DNA from: Acidobacteriota bacterium
GTDB lineage: Bacteria > Acidobacteriota > Terriglobia > Acidiferrales > UBA7541
Direction: 5' to 3'
NCBI GenBank assembly: GCA_003223245.1
Contig: QHYI01000105.1
Coordinates: forward strand, 7,913-71,912
Length of the DNA stretch: 64,000 nucleotides
Of the stretch, positions 8,407 to 18,234 are shown piece after piece. A program made the position numbers and the translations under genes. Position 1 is the first letter of the stretch; every line of letters starts with the position of its first letter. Under the pieces are notes generated by a model. It did no database searches. It saw only the letters and a list, made by a program, of their open reading frames with translations, and was not told where the DNA came from.

Positions 8407-10524
8407 TTACGGCTTGGCGTCGGAGGAAGTGGACTTCTGCGCCACGCGATGCTTGGATTGCGAAAGCTTCTTTTCGACTTCCGCAACCTTGTCGGATTCC
8501 AGGTCTGCCGGCAGTGACCTGTGCCATTCCGCCAGCGATTTTTCCCACTCCGCCGCGGCCAGGTCGGGCCGGCCGAGCTTGGCGTAAACATCGCCCAAGT
8601 GCGCGTGAATTGTGGGATCGTGGCTTTCGCGCGCCACGGCCTTGCGCAGCGTGGCTTCTGCGTCCACAGGCCGATTTTCCTTGAAATAAATCCATCCGAG
8701 GCTGTCGAGATAGCCGCCATTGTAAGGTTCTTCCTGCAGCGCGCGCTCAACCAGCGATTGCGCCTCGTTCAGACGGATTCCCAGGTCCCCAAGCATATAG
8801 CCGTAATAATTCAACACCGGCGCGTTCTTGGGATTTACCGCCAGAACTTTCTTGAATTCTTCCTCGGCCTTGTCATAAAGCTTCTGGCGCTCGTAGATGG
8901 CGCCGAGGAGGAACCAGATCATTTCGTTGTCACGAGGCTGGCCGGGAAGCGCTTCGGCGGCATGGGCCGATTCCTCGGCTTCCTTGTAATGCCGGCCGCG
9001 CTCATAAACTTGCGCAATGTTCAGATAGGTGTCGCGGTCGCTCGAATCTCCGTGCAGTTGCGCGCGCAGGAGCTTGACGGCTTCGTCGCTCTGCCCGTTT
9101 TCTCCAAGCAGCAGCGCATAGCTCGAGCGAATTCCAGAGTCTGCAGGGTACTTGGCCATCGCTTCCTTGCCGGTTTCGAGCGCTTTCGGCAAGTCCTTGG
9201 CCGTGCGGTACGTGTCCATGATCATCATGCGCGCGCGCCGATCTTCTTCGTCACCCAGGTGCCCTAGCTCTTCAAAAGTGTAAATCGCGGCCTGATAATT
9301 CTGATCCTCGCGGTAGAGCTGCCCCAGCTGCTGATACAAGATGGACAGCGATCTCTTGCGCGATGGCAGCGTGGCCGGCTGCCCTTTGATCCCGGTCACT
9401 GCGTCCGTCAGCACGCGAATGGCATCTTCATAACGGCCCTGCGATTCGTAGAGCATCCCTTCGTTGTACATGACCTCGAGGCTGCCCGGCGCGTATTGCC
9501 GAGCTTTTACCAAATTCTCTTCGGCTTTATCCAGTTGGTGCAGCTCGCGATAGATTTGCGCGATTCGCAAATACACATCGGAATCGTCGGGCGTCAGCTC
9601 CGACAATTTCTGGTAAACCTTCAGCGCTTCCGAATATTTTTCTTCGGACAACAAGGTTTGTCCCAGACCGCGTTGATGGCTCAGCTCGGAAGGATCCAGT
9701 TCGGCAGCTTTGCGGTAGGCCGTTTCCGCCTTCGGCAAATCATGTGCCTGCGTATATGCATCGCCGAGCAAATCCAGCAGCACCGGCGAGGACGAATGCT
9801 GGGTAATCCCTTCGAGCAGCGCCACGGCTTCGTCAGACTTACCCTCATCCATCAGCAACTGCGTCAATTGCTCGACCGCCTGCTCGTTGTCCGGATCGGT
9901 TTTCAGGATGCTCCGTAAAACCTGCTCGCTCTTGTCGTGTTCGTTTTTTAGCCGGTAGAGCCGCGCCAGCCAGAGCGCGGACTCTGTATCCGTGGGGTCC
10001 AGACGGTAGATTTCGCGGAATTGCTCAATGGCCTTGTTTGCCGTTTCCGACTGCCCGCTGCCAGCATTCACGTCCCCTAAGCTTCGCAAATAAATTCTTC
10101 CCAGCAGACGCCGCGTCGGCACGTCATTAGGGTCACGCCTCAGGATGTCTCTCGCTTCGTTTTCCGCTTCCTTGGTACGCTGTGCCTTCCAGTACATCTC
10201 CGCCAGCCGCTCGCCAATCACCGGCGATTTCGGGTCCAGCGCATAAGCCTTTTTGTAGGCCTCGATGGCTTTCGTGGCGTAGTCCGGGTTGCTCGAAGCT
10301 TCATATTGCTGTTCGTAAATGTGGCCCATCGTGTAGTTGTAATAGGCGTCCGCGCGCGGGGAATCTGTTTCGGAGTTTCCGGGCGCGGCTTCGGAAGAGG
10401 GACTCTGTGCGGCGGGAGTCTGAATCTTTTTCTCGGCGGGAGGATTTCCGGGCGTCTGCGCGAAGACGGGCGCACTGGCCAGGCCCAGGATGATGGCAAA
10501 CGAAACTATCCGTTGAATTTTCAT
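8407..10524 (-). CDS. Secreted tetratricopeptide-repeat (TPR) protein
   Basis: It starts at MKIQRIVSFAIILGLASAPVFAQTP (signal peptide, ATG at 10524). Many TPR-like A..Y..A....P units follow along about 700 aa. Confidence 0.8.
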   Translation of the reverse strand: MKIQRIVSFAIILGLASAPVFAQTPGNPPAEKKIQTPAAQSPSSEAAPGNSETDSPRADAYYNYTMGHIYEQQYEASSNPDYATKAIEAYKKAYALDPKSPVIGERLAEMYWKAQRTKEAENEARDILRRDPNDVPTRRLLGRIYLRSLGDVNAGSGQSETANKAIEQFREIYRLDPTDTESALWLARLYRLKNEHDKSEQVLRSILKTDPDNEQAVEQLTQLLMDEGKSDEAVALLEGITQHSSSPVLLDLLGDAYTQAHDLPKAETAYRKAAELDPSELSHQRGLGQTLLSEEKYSEALKVYQKLSELTPDDSDVYLRIAQIYRELHQLDKAEENLVKARQYAPGSLEVMYNEGMLYESQGRYEDAIRVLTDAVTGIKGQPATLPSRKRSLSILYQQLGQLYREDQNYQAAIYTFEELGHLGDEEDRRARMMIMDTYRTAKDLPKALETGKEAMAKYPADSGIRSSYALLLGENGQSDEAVKLLRAQLHGDSSDRDTYLNIAQVYERGRHYKEAEESAHAAEALPGQPRDNEMIWFLLGAIYERQKLYDKAEEEFKKVLAVNPKNAPVLNYYGYMLGDLGIRLNEAQSLVERALQEEPYNGGYLDSLGWIYFKENRPVDAEATLRKAVARESHDPTIHAHLGDVYAKLGRPDLAAAEWEKSLAEWHRSLPADLESDKVAEVEKKLSQSKHRVAQKSTSSDAKP

Positions 10525-10679
10525 GATTATTCCTGAACCCAAAAGTATCCCATGCGGCGGAAACGGGGTCAAAAGCCAAATGCGCTGGCGTTTCGAGAGC
10601 TTGCAGCGCTTTCCAAAGCGTGGGCACCCCCCGGAGCTAAGATGCCGAGGGTCGAAAAAACGTTGGGGAGAGAGCGGGG

Positions 10680-10708
10680 TTGACATTCTTTCTTATTTCT
10701 GCAATTAT
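10680..10708 (+). promoter_or_regulatory. Sigma70-type promoter of arsR-arsM. It predicts a leaderless or near-leaderless transcript.
   Basis: TTGACA (10680-10685), a 17-nt spacer, then AATTAT (10703-10708). The arsR ATG at 10715 is 7 nt downstream, and no Shine-Dalgarno sequence is visible. Confidence 0.5.
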
Positions 10709-10714
10709 CGAACT

Positions 10715-11071
10715 ATGTGCAAGCCCGATACTCTCCTGGTCACGCGCTGCGCCGACCGCTTTTCCGCGCTCGGCGCCGAACCGCGCCTGCAAATCCTCCG
10801 TCTTCTTCTCGCCGCCCACCCCGCAGGAATGGTGGCCGGCGAAGTCCAGGAAGAACTGGGCATCCCCGCTTCGACTCTTTCCCACCATCTCGAAAAGCTC
10901 AAGCAAGTCGGCCTCGTCAAAGCTCGCCGCGAAGGGACGTATCTCTGGTACTCCGTAGATACCGATGCTTTTCGCGAAGTGTTGAACTTTCTCTACGAAG
11001 AATGCTGCACGCGCTCCCGTGCTGTCCCGGCAGAATCCGTGGTCCCAATTTCAAAGGGAGGAACTCCATGA
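10715..11071 (+). CDS. arsR: ArsR/SmtB family metalloregulator
   Basis: MCKPDTLLVTRCADRFSALGAEPRLQILRLLLA...STLSHHLEKLKQVGLV, with a C-terminal ECC. Start refined to the ATG at 10715. Confidence 0.85.
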   Translation: MCKPDTLLVTRCADRFSALGAEPRLQILRLLLAAHPAGMVAGEVQEELGIPASTLSHHLEKLKQVGLVKARREGTYLWYSVDTDAFREVLNFLYEECCTRSRAVPAESVVPISKGGTP

Positions 11072-11919
11072 GCGAAACCAACATTCAAGAAGCGGTGAAG
11101 CAAAAATATGGGGAAGCCGCGAAGCGTGCTGCCAGGGGCACGACGGCCTGTTGCGGGGCAGGCGCGTCCATCAATGGTTGCGACCCAATCACCAAGCATC
11201 TCTACAGCGACGCCGAGAAGGACGCCTTGCCGGAAAAAGCCGTCGCAGCCTCGCTCGGCTGCGGCAATCCCACCGCTCTTGCCCAATTGCAACCCGGCGA
11301 AACCGTCCTCGATCTTGGCTCCGGCGGCGGCATTGACGTCCTTCTTTCCGCCAAGCGTGTTGGCCCCACCGGCAAAGCTTACGGCCTCGACATGACCGAC
11401 GAAATGCTGGCGCTGGCTCGCGAAAACCAGAAAAACGCCGGCGTCACAAACGTCGAATTTCTGAAAGGTGCGATCGAAAACGTCCCTTTGCCCGACAATT
11501 CCGTCGACGTTATCATCTCCAACTGCGTCATCAATCTTTCCGGCGACAAAGATCGCGTCCTTGCGGAGGCGTTTCGCGTCCTCAAGCCCGGCGGCCGCTT
11601 TGCGGTTTCCGACGTCGTCGTGCGCGGCGAAGTTCCCGCGAACATCCGCAAAAGCATGGAACTGTGGGTCGGCTGCGTCGCGGGCGCGCTGGAAGAAAAT
11701 GAGTATCGTGAAAAGCTTGCCCGCGCGGGGTTCGAATCCATCGAAGTAGAGGCCACGCGCGTTTACCGGCTGGAGGAGGCCGGCGAATATCTCCAAGCCG
11801 CCGGCCTTGATCCCGAAACCGTTGGCCCGCAGATCGACGGCAAGTTCATCAGCGCTTTTGTTCGGGCGGTAAAGCCCGCAGCTAAATCCATGTGCTGCGT
11901 CCCGGCTTGTTGCCCGTGA
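11068..11919 (+). CDS. arsM: Arsenite S-adenosylmethionine methyltransferase
   Basis: [18 protein letters not shown]...ACCG...[29 protein letters not shown]...ISNCVINLS. There are Cys pairs at both ends. An ATGA overlap joins it to the arsR stop. Confidence 0.85.
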   Translation: MSETNIQEAVKQKYGEAAKRAARGTTACCGAGASINGCDPITKHLYSDAEKDALPEKAVAASLGCGNPTALAQLQPGETVLDLGSGGGIDVLLSAKRVGPTGKAYGLDMTDEMLALARENQKNAGVTNVEFLKGAIENVPLPDNSVDVIISNCVINLSGDKDRVLAEAFRVLKPGGRFAVSDVVVRGEVPANIRKSMELWVGCVAGALEENEYREKLARAGFESIEVEATRVYRLEEAGEYLQAAGLDPETVGPQIDGKFISAFVRAVKPAAKSMCCVPACCP

Positions 11920-11923
11920 TCTC

Positions 11924-12326
11924 GTGGTGGCGCAGCTTTATCCCGAGCGCAGCGAGGGAATGCTGCGCCCCATTTGGGCAAACCTCGAGTCCGTGTGCAG
12001 GAGACATTCTTTCTGTCCGCTGCTCGCTGGAGCGGGCATAATAACCCATGCGCCAAATCGGCATCGACGTCTCCGCTCACCGCTCCAAATCCGTTTCCGA
12101 ATTCGAGGGCCGGCGCTTCGACACGGTCATCACCGTGTGCGATTCCGCCGCGGAACTTTGCCCTACGTTTCCCGGAGCGCGGCGCCTCCACTGGAGCATC
12201 CGAGATCCCGGCAACGCCACCGGCTCGCACGAAGAACAACTCGCAGCCTTCTGCCGCGTCCGCGACGAACTCACCTTCCGCCTGCGGCAGTTTCTTGCGG
12301 CCCATTCCACAACAGAAAAGCCTTAG
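11924..12326 (+). pseudogene. arsC: Decayed LMW-PTP-type arsenate reductase: P-loop lost, internal frameshift/deletion
   Basis: Frame 0 from 12048 gives MRQIGIDVSAHRSKSV...TVITVCDSAAELCPTFPG...HWSIRDP, an ArsC C-terminal two-thirds. A TAA lies immediately upstream in that frame. Frame 2 from 11924 gives ...ERSEGMLRP...AGAGIITHAPN, which resembles a degraded CTGNSxRSQMAEG...SAGxExHGxNP segment without the catalytic Cys. Confidence 0.6.
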
Positions 12327-12463
12327 TCCCTTTCGCTTATAACGGCAAAAGGGACCAAGGCTTCTGCTCAAGGAGGGAGGAGATTTTCTTTCCGAACCGC
12401 TGACTTTGCGTCGTGTCCACTTCGAGCGGAACACTTCGCCACCTGGGCTCCGCCCCGGGGGTT

Positions 12464-12721
12464 TCAGTGAACCTTGTCGCTCTTGGTTTGAATTCTGTCG
12501 ATGCGCAACAATCCGTTTGCTCTCAAATACTCGGCAAACTTTCCAAATTTTGCGGCGTCGTCAAACTCCAAATGAAAAATCAAACCATCCCGGCCTTGGA
12601 ACATCGCCGTCGCGCTCGCTTCAAAAAGTTCGGCAATTTTCTTGCAATCTTCCTTAAGCCTCTCTTGCTTGTCTTCCGTCGGCAAAGGCATCGTCAAATC
12701 AAAGTCGATCGTGTCATCCAT
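12464..12721 (-). CDS. Hypothetical small acidic protein
   Basis: 85-aa ORF with protein-like composition (MDDTIDFDLTMPLPTEDKQERLKEDCKKIAELFE...). I recognised no family. Confidence 0.4.
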   Translation of the reverse strand: MDDTIDFDLTMPLPTEDKQERLKEDCKKIAELFEASATAMFQGRDGLIFHLEFDDAAKFGKFAEYLRANGLLRIDRIQTKSDKVH

Positions 12722-12824
12722 CGGACACCCCCCTTGGAGAGTCCCAATCTCTCACATGGGCGGACGCCTGCCTAGCTGTCCTGAGGTACAGCGGCATTCC
12801 TCCTACACGTCGTCCGACCCTTTC

Positions 12825-13295
12825 TTACATTATTGTCCCTACAGAAGAACCGTCGAAACGGCGAGCGTCCGGGACTGGCAAACGGATGTGAACCCTGTGG
12901 GCACGCCAAAGCGCAAAATGCTGATTCCATTGGGCATGGAGCTCCGGTGTCAATCGCCGCGCTTGTGCACCTTCACGTGCTGGTGACAGGGCTACGGGAT
13001 CCAGCAGCCGCAAGATGTGCTCGCCGGACTGCGCGTCGAAGCGGTAGAGCAGCACGGCGTCCGCGGCGCGGTCTTGGCCTTCCAATTCCAACTCGGGATT
13101 GTCCACAACGTTGCTGCAACGCATGGTGTACTTCATTTTGGCGAACGCTGTGAGCGGCGGTTTACACAGCCGTCCCGTCTCTACGCAGGGTGCTTGAGCT
13201 TTGCGAAGGTTGCTAAACGTGCCCGAGTTACCAAAGAGCGGAATTACGAGTCCGGCGGCCATTCCCATCAGGGCTAACGCAAATGCACGATTCAC
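12825..13295 (-). CDS. Hypothetical secreted protein
   Basis: 156 aa with a signal-peptide-like N-terminus, MNRAFALALMGMAAGLVIPLFG. I recognised no family. Confidence 0.5.
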   Translation of the reverse strand: MNRAFALALMGMAAGLVIPLFGNSGTFSNLRKAQAPCVETGRLCKPPLTAFAKMKYTMRCSNVVDNPELELEGQDRAADAVLLYRFDAQSGEHILRLLDPVALSPAREGAQARRLTPELHAQWNQHFALWRAHRVHIRLPVPDARRFDGSSVGTIM

Positions 13296-13350
13296 CTGTC
13301 GCGAGTCGCGGTGCTATGATGCTCGTTCGTTCCACGAAAGCGAGCGCTCC

Positions 13351-14307
13351 ATGAACGCACGCATTCTCGATGGCCAGAAAATTCGCGACGAAATCTTCGC
13401 GGAACTGAAGGACGAGGTTCGCCTGCTTACCTCTGCCGGGGTGCGCCCCGGCCTAGCCGCCGTCCTCGTCGGCGAAAGTCCCGCTTCGCAGCTCTACGTC
13501 AAGAGCAAAATTGCCGCCTGCGAACAGCTTGGCCTCTCGAGCGCGCTGCTCACGCCCCCGGCAACGGTCAGCACCCTGGAATTGCTCGCCGTGGTGGAGG
13601 ATTTGAATCGCGACAACAGCGTGGACGGCATCCTGGTCCAGCTTCCGCTTCCTCCGCAGGTGGACACCAAGCGCATCCTCGAAGCCGTCGATCCCGCGAA
13701 AGATGTGGACGGCTTTCACCCGGTCAGCCTGGGCCGCCTCGTCAGCGGACGTCCCGGCCTCGTCCCCTGCACGCCGGCGGGCTGCATGGAGATTCTGCGC
13801 CGCAGCCGCATTCCCGTCGAAAGTGCAGATGCAGTTGTTCTCGGCCGCAGCGATATTGTCGGCAAGCCCATGGCACTTCTGCTCATGCACGCCAACGCCA
13901 CCGTCACCATCTGCCATTCCAAAACGCGCGAACTCCCGGAAATCGTTCGCCGCGCCGACATCGTCGTTGCGGCCATGGGCAAAGCCGGTTTCGTGCAAGC
14001 CGATTGGCTGAAAGCTAACGCTACGGTCATTGACGTTGGCACCAATACGATCAAGGATCCCGCCGAAGCCGAGCGGCTCCTGCGCAATTTCCCGGCCCGC
14101 CTTGAAAAATTCCGCGCCAAAGGCTCCGTTCTCGTTGGTGACGTTCATCCCGACGCCGTAAACACCGCGGGCGCGGTCACTCCGGTTCCCGGCGGCGTCG
14201 GCCCCATGACTATCACCATGCTCATGAGCAACACGGTCAAGGCCGCGCGCCTTCGCCGCGCTTCATCGCCGTCTTCGGCAACGCAATCCACGGCATCAGC
14301 TCGGTGA
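13351..14307 (+). CDS. folD: Bifunctional 5,10-methylene-THF dehydrogenase/cyclohydrolase
   Basis: MNARILDGQKIRDEIFAELKDEV...LYVKSKIAACEQLG...PVPGGVGPMTITML. It carries about 20 extra residues (KDPAEAERLLRNFPARLEKFRAKG) before the VGDV motif compared with the FolD proteins I remember. Confidence 0.95.
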   Translation: MNARILDGQKIRDEIFAELKDEVRLLTSAGVRPGLAAVLVGESPASQLYVKSKIAACEQLGLSSALLTPPATVSTLELLAVVEDLNRDNSVDGILVQLPLPPQVDTKRILEAVDPAKDVDGFHPVSLGRLVSGRPGLVPCTPAGCMEILRRSRIPVESADAVVLGRSDIVGKPMALLLMHANATVTICHSKTRELPEIVRRADIVVAAMGKAGFVQADWLKANATVIDVGTNTIKDPAEAERLLRNFPARLEKFRAKGSVLVGDVHPDAVNTAGAVTPVPGGVGPMTITMLMSNTVKAARLRRASSPSSATQSTASAR

Positions 14308-14315
14308 TTGCAAAA

Positions 14316-14924
14316 ATGCTGCGACTCGGATTGACCGGCGGCATCGCCAGCGGCAAGAGCGCGGTCGCGGCCATGCTCCGCGAACTGGGTTTTTCGGTTC
14401 TCGACGCCGATGCGCTCGCGCACAAATTGATCGAGCCCGGCCAGCCCGCTTACGAAGAGGTGCTCCGCGAATTTGGCCTGGGGATCATCGATGGCCAGGG
14501 TCACGTGGACCGGGCACAACTCGGCGCGCTGGTTTTCGCGGATCGCGCCAAACTCAATCGCCTGAATGCCATTGTCCATCCTCGCGTCGCCGAAGCTGTC
14601 GCTCGCCAATTCGATGAATGGCGACGCGCTGGCGGGCGCGACGCTGCGTTCGTCGAAGCCGCGCTGATCGTCGAGGCTGGCCTGCACAAACAGCTCGACG
14701 GCCTGGTAGTTACCTGGTGCCGCCCGGAGCAACAGCTTGAGCGGATGGCCGCGCGTGGAATGAGCGAAGAGGAAGCGCGCCGCCGCATTGCCGCGCAAAT
14801 GCCGCCCGAAGAAAAGCTGCGGCATGCCACGGACAAAATCGATTGCTCCGGCACCCTCGAACAAACCCGGCAGCAGGTGGAAGCGCTGGCCGCCAGACTC
14901 CACGGTAGCAAGGCGGCGCGGTGA
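14316..14924 (+). CDS. coaE: Dephospho-CoA kinase
   Basis: MLRLGLTGGIASGKSAVAAML. A GTG at 14304 overlapping the folD stop is an alternative start. Confidence 0.9.
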   Translation: MLRLGLTGGIASGKSAVAAMLRELGFSVLDADALAHKLIEPGQPAYEEVLREFGLGIIDGQGHVDRAQLGALVFADRAKLNRLNAIVHPRVAEAVARQFDEWRRAGGRDAAFVEAALIVEAGLHKQLDGLVVTWCRPEQQLERMAARGMSEEEARRRIAAQMPPEEKLRHATDKIDCSGTLEQTRQQVEALAARLHGSKAAR

Positions 14925-14984
14925 CCGGCTCCAGCGACTTTGCCTATACTAGAAGCATCGAATGGAAAAGAAGGGATATAAGCG

Positions 14985-16151
14985 ATGAATTTAAGGAACA
15001 GATCGAATCGCGCGCGCGCCATTGCTGCCGCGCTGGTGCTGATCCTTGGTGCGTTCTGGGCAGGTTCTCGTTTCGGGCCTCACGATCCAAACAAAGTGGA
15101 GGCCGTGCGGCTTGGCAGTTCCGGTCCATCTTCCGCGGCCCCGAGCGACGCGGGATTGACGGAAGACGAATCCATCAACGTGCGCATCTATCGCCAGGCT
15201 TCTCCGGCCGTGGCAAACATTCTTACCAAAGCGACCGAATACGACTGGTTCATGGACCCTGTTCCGGTCGAGGGCGCGGGCTCCGGTTTTATTATCGATT
15301 CGCGCGGCTACATTCTCACCAACTACCACGTGGTGGAAGGCGCACAATCCATCGAGGTGGTTCTGGGAGATCAATCGCGCCATCCCGCGAAATACATTGG
15401 CGCGGACCAGCGCAATGACGTCGCGCTCATCAAGATTGACCCCAAAGGCAAGCAACTCGCTACCTTGAAACTTGGGGATTCCCGTGCGATTCAGGTAGGC
15501 CAAAAAGTTCTCGCCATAGGAAACCCGTTCGGCTTCCAGTCCACACTCACCACCGGCGTAGTCAGCGCCGTCGGCCGTACTGTGCAGACCAGCCAGACCA
15601 CCGCCATCGAAGAAGCGATTCAGACCGACGCGGCCATTAACCGCGGCAATTCCGGCGGTCCGCTGATCGATTCGCACGGCGACGTGATCGGCATCAATAC
15701 GGCAATTTACACTCCGAGCGGCACTACCGCAGGCATTGGCTTTGCCATTCCCATCAACACCGCTAAAACAATTGCCAATGACCTCATCACCACCGGCCGT
15801 GTGCATCGCGCCTACCTGGGCGTGGAAACGTTGGCTCTTGCGGGCGGACTTGCCGAAGCGCTGGACTTGCCGGTTCAAGAAGGCTTATTGGTGGAAACGG
15901 TCACAAAGGGAGGGCCGGCCGCCGCCGCTGGCATTCATGGCGGCGATCGCATTGTTCGGGCCGGCCTGAGCCAATTCTATATAGGAGGCGACGTCATGGT
16001 AGCCATCGACGGCCAGAAGGTGGCGAACCAGTTCGATGTCAGCTCGGTCCTCAACCATCACCGCCCGGGCGATACGGTCAATGTGACGGTGTATCGCGGC
16101 GGGAAGAAAATGGATATTCCCGTGAAGCTCGGCGAACGCGACGGCAACTGA
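14985..16151 (+). CDS. htrA: HtrA/DegP-family periplasmic serine protease with one PDZ domain
   Basis: It has an N-terminal anchor, GSGFIIDSRGYILTNYHVV (His), DVALIK (Asp) and GNSGGPL (Ser), with a PDZ-like C-terminus. Confidence 0.9.
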   Translation: MNLRNRSNRARAIAAALVLILGAFWAGSRFGPHDPNKVEAVRLGSSGPSSAAPSDAGLTEDESINVRIYRQASPAVANILTKATEYDWFMDPVPVEGAGSGFIIDSRGYILTNYHVVEGAQSIEVVLGDQSRHPAKYIGADQRNDVALIKIDPKGKQLATLKLGDSRAIQVGQKVLAIGNPFGFQSTLTTGVVSAVGRTVQTSQTTAIEEAIQTDAAINRGNSGGPLIDSHGDVIGINTAIYTPSGTTAGIGFAIPINTAKTIANDLITTGRVHRAYLGVETLALAGGLAEALDLPVQEGLLVETVTKGGPAAAAGIHGGDRIVRAGLSQFYIGGDVMVAIDGQKVANQFDVSSVLNHHRPGDTVNVTVYRGGKKMDIPVKLGERDGN

Positions 16152-16227
16152 GAGACAGAAATAATCGAAATTCGTGGCCTTCCAGGCAGACATATCCATT
16201 TCCCGATTTCCATTTTGCAGGTTCTGT

Positions 16228-17016
16228 TCAGCGCGAGAATTCAGCGCGGTGCTTTTCGCGGGTTTGGGGGCTTAGCAAGAACCAAGCATCGGCAATGTCC
16301 CGGACGCGTTCGAGTTCGCGCTGCATTTCCGCATGCTTCGCTTCCATCGCTTCCGCGTCGGCATCCGCCGGAACGTAAATCGGCGGGGCAAACAAAATCA
16401 CCGCGCGCGCAAAAGGCATGGGCAGCAGAAAGTGGTCCCAAGTTTTGGTGAAGGTTTTGCCGCGCTCGATGCCGATGTGAAAGACCATGATGGGACAGCC
16501 GGTCTTGCGCGCCAGCATCACCGGTCCCGGTTTTGCCACGTAGCGAGGTCCGCGCGGTCCGTCGATGGTAAACGCGCAATCCACTCCTTCTTCGAGCCGT
16601 TTGGCCATCACCGCGAGTCCGCGCAACCCGCCGCGCGACGAACTTCCCTGGGCGGTGCCAAATCCCAGCCACTCGATTACCTTGCGCGTCCACTGTCCGT
16701 CAAAGGCAGTGGTGTTCATCACCACGACGCCATGATGGCGATGCCACCAAACAATCGGCAGGATGATGCGGTGCCAGAACGCCCAGATAATGCGTTTGCC
16801 CGACGCGTGCACCCGTTCCGCGTGCTGCCAGCCGAGCACTTCATAGCGCAGCGTGGGGCCAAGCGTCCGAATAACGCCATACACTGCAGCTGCGATGAAA
16901 GGAATCTGGATGCGGCGTGTCCACGGCAGGGACGGCAGCCTTGTGTCATAATGCAGGTTGACCGGCTCTTGCTCCGGCTGCTTCACGGTTTCAAAGATTG
17001 TGTTGGGGTGTGGCAT
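16228..17016 (-). CDS. DUF374-type lysophospholipid acyltransferase-like protein
   Basis: 262 aa with WAFWHRIILPIVWWHRHHG...AQGSSSRGGLRGL...FTIDGPRGPRYVAKPG. The family assignment is from memory. Confidence 0.65.
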   Translation of the reverse strand: MPHPNTIFETVKQPEQEPVNLHYDTRLPSLPWTRRIQIPFIAAAVYGVIRTLGPTLRYEVLGWQHAERVHASGKRIIWAFWHRIILPIVWWHRHHGVVVMNTTAFDGQWTRKVIEWLGFGTAQGSSSRGGLRGLAVMAKRLEEGVDCAFTIDGPRGPRYVAKPGPVMLARKTGCPIMVFHIGIERGKTFTKTWDHFLLPMPFARAVILFAPPIYVPADADAEAMEAKHAEMQRELERVRDIADAWFLLSPQTREKHRAEFSR

Positions 17017-17151
17017 GTAGGTTTGGTTGCCGGCCGAGCTACCATGCGCAGGTGCGCCAGCAGTCCCCGCCGACGTATAGTATAGGTGAGACCCCCGCCT
17101 TTGTGCCGGGAGTACTACGAAGTGCCGCTTCCCTTCATTTCAAAGAACCGG

Positions 17152-18207
17152 ATGCGCCGGATCGCTTGGCTGCTTGCTAGCGCGGTGGTGCTGGCTGCTG
17201 CAGCAACTCTGACGACACTGACGGCGCGCTCCGATGAACCGGTTTCGGGTTCCGTTGGAACGATTGATGGCGCGGCCGTCGCCGTCACGGGGCCCATGCG
17301 CGTCGAATTGGTTCGAGGATTTCCGCGAACCGTCCTGCGGAGCGGCAGCGACGTGCTGGTTAAGTCCGGGACGGCACGCCTCGACCTCATCGAGGGAGGG
17401 TCCATCAGCATTTGCGGGCCGGCGCATTTCTCGGTCCTCAAGGTCGGCAACCAGGTCACAGTTGCCCTGGATTCCGGAACGATTCACCTTTCCATCGAAC
17501 ATGGGCCCGCGGTGACGATTTATACTCCGCTTCTTCAGATTCAACCTATCGCCATTGGCGACGGTCCGCAAGATGCCTTGGTTGGTTTCGACGCCGCAGG
17601 AGCCATGTGCGTTCGCGCTTATCGCGGCGCGGTAAGGCTGGAGCAGCAGCTCACCAGCCAAAACATTGTTGTTCCTCAGTCGGCGGATGTTCTGCTGGTG
17701 AATGGGCAGTTGGACGGATTACGCGGAGGCGGCGACCGTTGCTCGTGCGATCCTCAGCTCACGAAATATACGCCTCCTCCGCGGCTGGAGCTTGTGCCAC
17801 CCGCGAAGACCACCGAAGAAGCGAATGCCAGGCCTTTGGCTTCCGGAGACGTCATTTCTCCCTTGCCATTGGATAAGCCCGCGGAAAAGGAAGGACCGAT
17901 CTATGAGGTTTTCGTTCCGCCGCTGATTTATAACGCGAACGCCGAAGTTCAGCCGGAAGTGGACACGAGCAAGATCGTGGTGGTGCGGCGAGTGCGCGTG
18001 CGGCCCACACTCATTTTCGAAGGGCGCGTGGAAGGAGACCCGCCTGCTCCCTCTCCGCCCGTTTCTTCTGCTCCTACGGCGCGGACGCCAATGCCCACGC
18101 ACCCGGCTCCGGCAAAACCGTCCAAACCCGCGGCGCAGACGCAGGCCGATTCTGTGGTGGACCGCCTGGTTCACTTCGTGAAGAAACTTTGGTCGCCCGG
18201 GGGTTAG
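17152..18207 (+). CDS. Hypothetical secreted protein with a Pro-rich C-terminus, possibly a FecR-like beta region
   Basis: It starts at MRRIAWLLASAVVLAAAA, a signal-like sequence. The C-terminus is PPAPSPPVSSAPTARTPMPTHPAPAKPSKP. Confidence 0.55.
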   Translation: MRRIAWLLASAVVLAAAATLTTLTARSDEPVSGSVGTIDGAAVAVTGPMRVELVRGFPRTVLRSGSDVLVKSGTARLDLIEGGSISICGPAHFSVLKVGNQVTVALDSGTIHLSIEHGPAVTIYTPLLQIQPIAIGDGPQDALVGFDAAGAMCVRAYRGAVRLEQQLTSQNIVVPQSADVLLVNGQLDGLRGGGDRCSCDPQLTKYTPPPRLELVPPAKTTEEANARPLASGDVISPLPLDKPAEKEGPIYEVFVPPLIYNANAEVQPEVDTSKIVVVRRVRVRPTLIFEGRVEGDPPAPSPPVSSAPTARTPMPTHPAPAKPSKPAAQTQADSVVDRLVHFVKKLWSPGG

Positions 18208-18234
18208 AGAAGCTCCTGAGATAGTCCTCAGGCG

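Noticed and set aside
8400-8750. N-terminal 117 codons of the 423-aa ORF 7479-8750
   Set aside because: This part overlaps the 3' end of the TPR gene in another frame and is Arg/Trp/Pro-rich. The IspE homology starts exactly at the Met at 8399.
10717-11067. 5' extension of the 400-aa ORF containing arsM
   Set aside because: It is an out-of-frame read-through of arsR (Arg/Pro/Ser-rich). The ArsM homology starts at MSETN (11068), with the typical ATGA coupling.
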